From Pseudodesulfovibrio piezophilus C1TLV30 (GTDB taxonomy: Bacteria > Desulfobacterota > Desulfovibrionia > Desulfovibrionales > Desulfovibrionaceae), in assembly GCF_000341895.1 (NCBI RefSeq), contig NC_020409.1, positions 3,028,411 to 3,060,410 of the forward strand: 32,000 nucleotides of DNA. The letters run 5' to 3'. The notes beneath the pieces are model-generated. The model was not told where the DNA came from. It did not search any database and saw only the letters and a list, made by a program, of their open reading frames with translations. The translations under genes were made by a program, and so were the position numbers. Every line of letters starts with the position of its first letter. Position 1 is the first letter of the stretch. Shown here in pieces: positions 27,901 to 32,000 of this stretch.

Positions 27901-30900
27901 CAGGACATCCGGCGTAATTTCAATGGAAACCGAGGACTCGTTTCCAGCCAGACCGTCATTATCGACGGGGACATAGGTAAACGAGGTGTCCAGGCCGTAT
28001 TCAGCCTCAACATAGCGCAGTTCCCAGTTGGAACCGGACGACGAGTCCGTGGTAAAGGTGATGGTATCGAACAGTCCTCCGTCGATCATGTCAGTCGTGA
28101 TGGTCAGCTGTTCGAAGAGTGTGTCATTGTCGACGGCATTTTCCACCACGCCAGAGCCGACAACTTCACCATCAAGAGTTGCGATCCAGACCGCCTTGGC
28201 CTGTTCTCCGCTCTCTGCTTCAAAGTGGCTGCCGAGTCCGTCAAGACCGACTTGGGCCGTGGAGACCACGCCGCCAAGCGAGACAGAGATGGTTTCTCCC
28301 GATTCAATACCGTTTCCATCATTATCAGCGATGCCGCTTCCGATGTGACTGGGATCATTTTCATCGTACTGTTGCAGGGCGTCCCCTATTCCGGCGTTGA
28401 CGATGGAATAATTGCCATCGCCGTCCTGAACCAGTTCGCCCGTGCCGCTGGTGACAGTTACGGTGTGTCCGTCAACTTCTTGTGACAGGGTTGTTGTGCG
28501 GACATCGTCGCTGTCCGCGCCCCAGTTGGTGAGTCCCGGATCGTTCCCTTCCTTGCTCCCAAGCAGGATTGTGGAATGGTCGGTCTCCTCCGCCTGGAAG
28601 GAAAAGGACCCTTCGGACAGTGAGTAGGTGTTGCCTTCCACCACCGGTTCACCGTTGAAGTACAGAGTCCCTGAATCGGCGTCCGGCAGGGAGGTGATAA
28701 TCACGTCAGTGACAGTGCCGTCGATGTCCTGGATATTGACATCTTCCGTGAAGTCGATGGCAATAGGTGCATGCATGGTGTCACCGGAGACCGTGAAGTC
28801 TGTGCTGGTAGGCGGTTCGTTGACGACCACATTCAAGACGTCATTGACAGTATGCCCATCGCCGTCTGTTACGGTCACCACGATGTCGTAATTGTTGTTT
28901 CCATCCAGATCAGCAGAGTCGGAGACGGTTATAATTCCGGTTTCAGAATCAATCGAAAATGGTGAGTCAGGATCGGTTATGGAGAAACTGAGGTCTGTGG
29001 AGTCCACATCAGAGGCAAAAGCCGTGGCTATATATGTGCCGTTGGCGACTCCCTCGTTAATTTCCACCGGCCCGGATTCGATTGAATCGACGCTATGAAG
29101 TGAGATATTGTCAATGACGTTTGCGTAATTGTCGTTATTGTAGGACGCCAGAACGAGTTCTCCCGAGGTTTCGCCTTCTCCTACTGTTATGACTACAGTA
29201 CCGGTTTCCCAGTTCACATCGTCCGGGTTGTACGTAGCGACAAGTTCACCATTCCAGTAAACTTCGATATTGCCGCTGTCCGCTTCGCCGAGATTTGAGC
29301 CTCGATCGAAGAGGTCAAGCTCAAGAATATACTGTCCTTCGCTCAGGCCTGAAATCTCTTGTGAGATGACCAAGGCCTCGTTCCCACCCACGCCGGTGTC
29401 AATCACGTTGTCGCCATCGGATGCGCCTATGATGCCGAAACGGTCGCCGCTCATGGCTTCCCATCGGTCGCCTTCGACCAGAGTCCATCCCTCAGGGGTG
29501 TGTCCCTGTGCCCAGTCGCCCGAATCAATGGTGACATCTTCAAAGCTGCCGTTGATGACAAGGTTGTGGCCTGAGACGCCGGTTGCAAAGTCGATGACCG
29601 TGGGATCATCCACCGCGTCAACGGTCAGGCTGGCTGTTTGCTCCGTGGACAGTGTTCCATCCGTCACCGAATAATTGAACTCGACATCGCCGTTCCAGTT
29701 AGCGTCGGGGGTAAATGTCCATGTTCCGTCATGGTTGTCAGTCAGTGTGCCATGCCCATCTGCCAGGCTCAAATTGTCAATGGACAGGGAATCGCCGTCC
29801 ACATCGGAAGCTCCGGCCAGCAGTTGGTCTGCACTGAAGGTAATGGAACCGTCTCCACCGATACCGTCCTCACTCATATGTCCAAGATCGATATCAGTCG
29901 CAGTGGGGGCTTCGTTCACATCCCCGACATTGATGGTCAGGGTCTTGGTGGTGGAGAGGTCTCCATCAGTAACCGTGATATCCACGGAGTAGGAATCCTG
30001 ATTCTCATAGTCGAGAGTCGCGCCCTCGGCCAGTGTGATGACACCGGTGACAGCATCAATGACGAAAGGTGTACCGTCTGCGATGGAGAAGCGCAGATCT
30101 TCGTCCGGGGTATCGACATCGGTTCCGAGCGCCGTGGCCACATAGGTTCCGGCTGCGGAATTCTCGGTAATGGTCACACCTGATCCTGCATCATCAGAAA
30201 CAGCATATAAGCTGATATTGTCGACCACATTGCCATATCCGTCATTGTCGGAGGATTCGAGCACCAGTGTGCCGGAGGTTTCATCTGCGCCAACGGTGAT
30301 GTTGATAGTGCCGGTTTCCCACTCGGTATCACCTGGATTGAAAGTGCCGACCAATTCTCCGTTCCAGTAGACATTGATGGCCCCGCCATCATCTCCACCC
30401 AGATTGGAACTTCTGTCGAACATGTCCAGAGTCAGGACATAGTCACCTTCGCTCAGACCGGTGACTTCCTGGGAAATGACCAGGGCTTCATGGGTGCCGA
30501 CACCGAAATCGATGACGTTGTTGCCATCAGATGCGCCGTCAATACCGAAGCGGTCGCCGCTCATGACTTCCCATCGGTCGCCCTCGACCAGTGTCCACCC
30601 CTCTGGGGTGTGCCCTTGCGCCCAGTCGCCGGAATCGATGGCAACATCTTCGAAGCTGCCGTTGACGATGTAATTCGTGCTTGTATCCAGAGAGCTGAAA
30701 TCGAGATCAGGGGCTTCATTGACGTCGCCGATACGGACGGTGAAAGAGACGGGATCGCCGGACAAAGCTCCTTCGGCAGGAGTGTCGGTGGGGACTACCG
30801 TGACGGTGTAGCTGGCGTTGGTTTCATAATCAAACCCGGAATCCCCCACAGCCACGACCTTGTCACCGTCGATGGTGAACATACCGCTGACATCATTGCC

Positions 30901-32000
30901 ATCGGCGTCAATGACGCTGACGATTTGATAGACTACATCGTGCCCTTCGACATCGGTGGAGATCAACTGTGCAACAGTCGTATCGTCAGTGATGTTTTCA
31001 AGAACGCTGAAGACCGGGTTGCCTGCATCATCCGAAGCGTTGACGACGATGTTGTCTATTCCGAATGACTCGTTGTTCAGGGCTTCGTTGAGCGTTGACC
31101 CCAACCCCAAAGTAACGGAGTCTCCAGGATTTTCGATAGTGAGGGTGACATGATGAATTTGATCCTCATAGCTGCCGAATCCCTTGTTGGTCGTCCCTGG
31201 TTCGGTGGCAGTGAAGGTCCAGGTTATCGTGCCGCTTTCCGTTTCTACCGTTCCGGTCCTGACCACGGCATTGTCTTCATCACTGTAGTCCATGTTGCTG
31301 CGTTCCAGCGGGATAGTGATATCATTGCCGTCTACCGTGATGATGAGATCATCATGCCCCCATGCATTGTCGGTCTGGGTCCATGAATCGATTTCGTACA
31401 TGTCAAAGTCAATGGTGACTGAATCAGCACCGTCCACGACATCAAAGGTCTTGACCGTGGAATCTCCTGTCCCGAATCGGCCGAGGAAGTCGGTAAAGAC
31501 TCCATCGGTTTCGGTGACTGTGTTGTTGCTCCATCCTGTTGCCCCGTGTTCGAAATCATTTGCATAAGAAACAACATCCGTAATCTGTGGTGCATCATTC
31601 GTCCCATTGACGGTGACCGTGATGGTCTGTGAGTCGGTGCCATCGGCCGAAGTCACGGTAAAGGTCTCCGTGAATGAGTCGCCGGTCCCAAGCTGCTGCA
31701 CTTCAGAGAGAGTGTTGTCGATGGTGTAGGTCCATTGCCCGTCTTCGGTAATGGTCAGGTGTCCCAGATTATCAGAATCATCTACATTGGTGTCGAAAAG
31801 GGCCTGGCCGGAATCCGCATCACTGATGGAAAGAGTGCCCGAGGTCGTCAGGGAAACATCCTGATCAACATTCGCTCCAAGCTCTGTCACCGACCCTACG
31901 GCCGAGTCTCCCGTGTCCACGTTGATATGGGCGATATCGTTTGTTCCGTTGACGGTGATTGTCAGGGTTGCGCCGTCTGAAGCCGCGCCATCGGAAACGG
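24994..32000 (-). CDS. Giant RTX-type T1SS substrate / mosaic adhesin-like protein (5' end beyond window)
   Basis: The frame stays open to nt 32000 (...TLTITVNGTNDIAHINVDTGDS...), so at least 2335 codons are visible. Very acidic and rich in D/T/G/V/S, with no Cys. Contains VNGTNDAP and VGDVNEAP cadherin/VCBS-like joints, lectin-like modules, a DUF4114-like segment and C-terminal GGxGxD repeats. Confidence 0.9.
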   Translation of the reverse strand, partial: VSDGAASDGATLTITVNGTNDIAHINVDTGDSAVGSVTELGANVDQDVSLTTSGTLSISDADSGQALFDTNVDDSDNLGHLTITEDGQWTYTIDNTLSEVQQLGTGDSFTETFTVTSADGTDSQTITVTVNGTNDAPQITDVVSYANDFEHGATGWSNNTVTETDGVFTDFLGRFGTGDSTVKTFDVVDGADSVTIDFDMYEIDSWTQTDNAWGHDDLIITVDGNDITIPLERSNMDYSDEDNAVVRTGTVETESGTITWTFTATEPGTTNKGFGSYEDQIHHVTLTIENPGDSVTLGLGSTLNEALNNESFGIDNIVVNASDDAGNPVFSVLENITDDTTVAQLISTDVEGHDVVYQIVSVIDADGNDVSGMFTIDGDKVVAVGDSGFDYETNASYTVTVVPTDTPAEGALSGDPVSFTVRIGDVNEAPDLDFSSLDTSTNYIVNGSFEDVAIDSGDWAQGHTPEGWTLVEGDRWEVMSGDRFGIDGASDGNNVIDFGVGTHEALVISQEVTGLSEGDYVLTLDMFDRSSNLGGDDGGAINVYWNGELVGTFNPGDTEWETGTINITVGADETSGTLVLESSDNDGYGNVVDNISLYAVSDDAGSGVTITENSAAGTYVATALGTDVDTPDEDLRFSIADGTPFVIDAVTGVITLAEGATLDYENQDSYSVDITVTDGDLSTTKTLTINVGDVNEAPTATDIDLGHMSEDGIGGDGSITFSADQLLAGASDVDGDSLSIDNLSLADGHGTLTDNHDGTWTFTPDANWNGDVEFNYSVTDGTLSTEQTASLTVDAVDDPTVIDFATGVSGHNLVINGSFEDVTIDSGDWAQGHTPEGWTLVEGDRWEAMSGDRFGIIGASDGDNVIDTGVGGNEALVISQEISGLSEGQYILELDLFDRGSNLGEADSGNIEVYWNGELVATYNPDDVNWETGTVVITVGEGETSGELVLASYNNDNYANVIDNISLHSVDSIESGPVEINEGVANGTYIATAFASDVDSTDLSFSITDPDSPFSIDSETGIITVSDSADLDGNNNYDIVVTVTDGDGHTVNDVLNVVVNEPPTSTDFTVSGDTMHAPIAIDFTEDVNIQDIDGTVTDVIITSLPDADSGTLYFNGEPVVEGNTYSLSEGSFSFQAEETDHSTILLGSKEGNDPGLTNWGADSDDVRTTTLSQEVDGHTVTVTSGTGELVQDGDGNYSIVNAGIGDALQQYDENDPSHIGSGIADNDGNGIESGETISVSLGGVVSTAQVGLDGLGSHFEAESGEQAKAVWIATLDGEVVGSGVVENAVDNDTLFEQLTITTDMIDGGLFDTITFTTDSSSGSNWELRYVEAEYGLDTSFTYVPVDNDGLAGNESSVSIEITPDVLTTNEPTSDSFATHVDHGQSVAIDFGGHVLDVEDGSVNTVVIKSLPTDGSLVDDHGNAIVVGQEYNVNDINYVASDSTDGPDATGVFLGTRHEGDQSIDNWGTEVDANTRVLHVSDTISVTVSSNDGALTQYNAENPNHMGVGIGDNDGNGINSGEVITVAFDGAQVSTAEVTFDGLGSDFAEGGSVGATATWVAYNGDTIVAQGEVYAPESGLESVVTIGQDILNGQLFDRIEFSTDSDSSSNWELRSVDAEFGSGDSFEYYPVDSDGLTGNASTVTLTYDAPDTITHEAPVLDLGDGSQVVYDGEHAGYTNMLGIYFVEDGTPSNPEIILTDSKDVSILNNVIATFEGDQDVHFFLVSDAGGEFSADQLGSEMHFVMDNGNWALAMGNDTVDVQFDIAQFNPNGEEASFRFETNADGSLSVEVDDQLGTWDDDDFDDISATVNLVDDGTSDYATTWVENHEGVSIAGDVAISDEDSSRMSSATIILTNAHDGDILNTDALPDGITAQVVDNGDTITVTLSGTMPISDYQEAIHSITYENHASSDPDVTDRVVEVTLFDESGTSSNVATTTISVVDVDVSSQIVLNPSFESSDRIYGSWTQTDGVDNWSNPSDGDIEIWNNHMGKNAADGNQFIELDSANDVDSLSQIIATKAGEMVNLSFAFAPRPGTAGETNDFDVSLGGVLVATVAWNAVDHVFEVTQPGSTEVTTFDYDGSDSGWNTISLDVQAPTDHAELLFTEHGDHNDTFGILLDDVQVHREFDSEILGTHHADTLLGTPGDDFIMAVDNTSDSGHHNHYGSHMTGDYIDGGAGHDAIYGGDGNDILIGGEGNDFIYGGGGNDTIDAGSGNDFINAGSGHNVVTTGDGNDTLFIDQSALNQSHSEIVVNDFVVGTDALEMGDGMSVKDITTVTENSIQYTQVLVGDDHDNNVIVKLLGVTQTDLDSHSTGVDAATHSDDLIQYMIDSGHNS
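25291..25491 (-). other. RTX nonapeptide Ca2+-binding repeat block
   Basis: DGGAGHDAIYGGDGNDILIGGEGNDFIYGGGGNDTIDAGSGNDFINAGSGHNVVTTGDGNDTLF. About 100 residues of presumptive T1SS secretion signal follow. Confidence 0.85.
25630..26151 (-). other. Third, diverged lectin/CBM-like (DUF642-like) module preceding the RTX block
   Basis: LNPSFESSDRIYGSWTQTDGVDNWSN...IEIWNNHMGKNAADGNQFIELDS...LLFTEHGDHNDTFGILLDDVQV. It has the same N-P/G-S-F-E opening and terminal hydrophobic-DD/N-hydrophobic strand as module A. Confidence 0.5.
26563..27003 (-). other. DUF4114-like segment of the giant protein
   Basis: HAGYTNMLGIYFV...DVHFFLVSDAGG...FNPNGEEASFRFETNADGSLSVEVDDQLGTWDDDDFDDISATVNLV resembles the DUF4114 pattern (AGY-N-x-x-G-x-Y ... 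FF ... acidic D-F-N/D-D tail). Recognised from memory only. Confidence 0.45.
27058..27807 (-). repeat. Intragenic module B, copy 2
   Basis: Residues about 1372-1621: ...IKSLPTDGSLVDDHG...NWGTEVDA...GIGDNDGNGINSGEVITVAF...VSTAEVTFDGLGSDFA...LFDRIEFSTDSDSSSNWELRSVDAEFG...YYPVDSDGLTGNASTVTL. Collinear with copy 1 but more diverged than module A. Confidence 0.6.
27910..28725 (-). repeat. Intragenic module B, copy 1 (unrecognised fold)
   Basis: Residues about 1066-1337: ...ITSLPDADSGTLYFNG...NWGADSDD...GIADNDGNGIESGETISVSL...VSTAQVGLDGLGSHFE...LFDTITFTTDSSSGSNWELRYVEAEYG...YVPVDNDGLAGNESSVSI. Confidence 0.6.
28807..29562 (-). repeat. Intragenic duplicated module A, copy 2
   Basis: Residues about 787-1038. 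Begins LVINGSFEDVTIDSGDWAQGHTPEGWTLVEGDRWEAMSGDRFGI... By my manual count there are 37 mismatches in the first 154 aligned residues. Nucleotide differences fall mostly at third codon positions. Confidence 0.8.
29905..30672 (-). repeat. Intragenic duplicated module A, copy 1 (lectin/CBM-like jelly-roll plus cadherin-like domain)
   Basis: Residues about 417-672 counted from the track start. Begins YIVNGSFEDVAIDSGDWAQGHTPEGWTLVEGDRWEVMSGDRFGI... Aligns collinearly with copy 2 at an offset of exactly 1110 nt. Confidence 0.8.

Noticed and set aside
28807-30672. A diversity-generating retroelement (template/variable repeat pair) as the explanation for the duplicated module A
   Set aside because: There is no reverse transcriptase in the window. 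Differences between the copies involve all four bases and are largely synonymous, not adenine-specific.
25042-31980. Many plus-strand ORFs inside the giant gene, including a 421-aa ORF at 27220-28485
   Set aside because: They are antisense to a reading frame that is continuous for more than 7 kb and has RTX and cadherin signatures. The GAY/GGN/ACN/GTN-rich sense codons suppress stop codons on the opposite strand. The translations are low-complexity and motif-free.
1-32000. CRISPR arrays, tRNA/rRNA genes, IS elements, integrases, toxin-antitoxin pairs or known defence-system genes
   Set aside because: No spacer-repeat periodicity or cloverleaf-sized conserved segments occur in the intergenic regions, and no transposase-, integrase- or nuclease-like ORFs are present. 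All intergenic gaps were read on both strands.

Overview
This window reads as an ordinary chromosomal segment of an anaerobic bacterium. The gene content and codon style look Desulfovibrionales-like, but that assignment is inference only. Coding density is high, most genes are on the minus strand, and I found no rRNA, tRNA, CRISPR array, transposase or integrase.

Left to right on the + strand coordinates:
- the 5' part of lon, which is missing from the ORF track because it runs off the window edge
- acyP-radC-holA-lptE
- a terminator-flanked orphan WtpA-like oxyanion-binding protein
- leuS, then nusB-ribH-ribBA
- a diguanylate cyclase with a periplasmic CxxCH (DUF3365/Tll0287-like) sensor domain
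- a small family 2 glycosyltransferase (GT2)
- nrdG-nrdD, which overlap
- a 640-bp unexplained spacer
- a membrane-anchored metallophosphoesterase
- a DASS/SLC13 permease with TrkA_C domains, divergent from a GntR(FCD) / FMN-dependent 2-hydroxy-acid dehydrogenase / TauE-SafE / MATE unit
- a 490-bp spacer
- a TolC-family gene
- the 3' 7 kb of a giant RTX (type I secretion system, T1SS) mosaic protein, open at the window end, with two internally duplicated module pairs

No recognisable defence or mobile system is present. The most interesting candidates are:
- the LldR/LldD-like island with unusual transporters, a Cys4-tagged dehydrogenase and a PdhR/LldR-type operator
- the unrecognised repeated module inside the giant RTX protein
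- the heme-c sensor cyclase
- the two long structured spacers

All calls come from manual translation and motif recognition. No database search was run.
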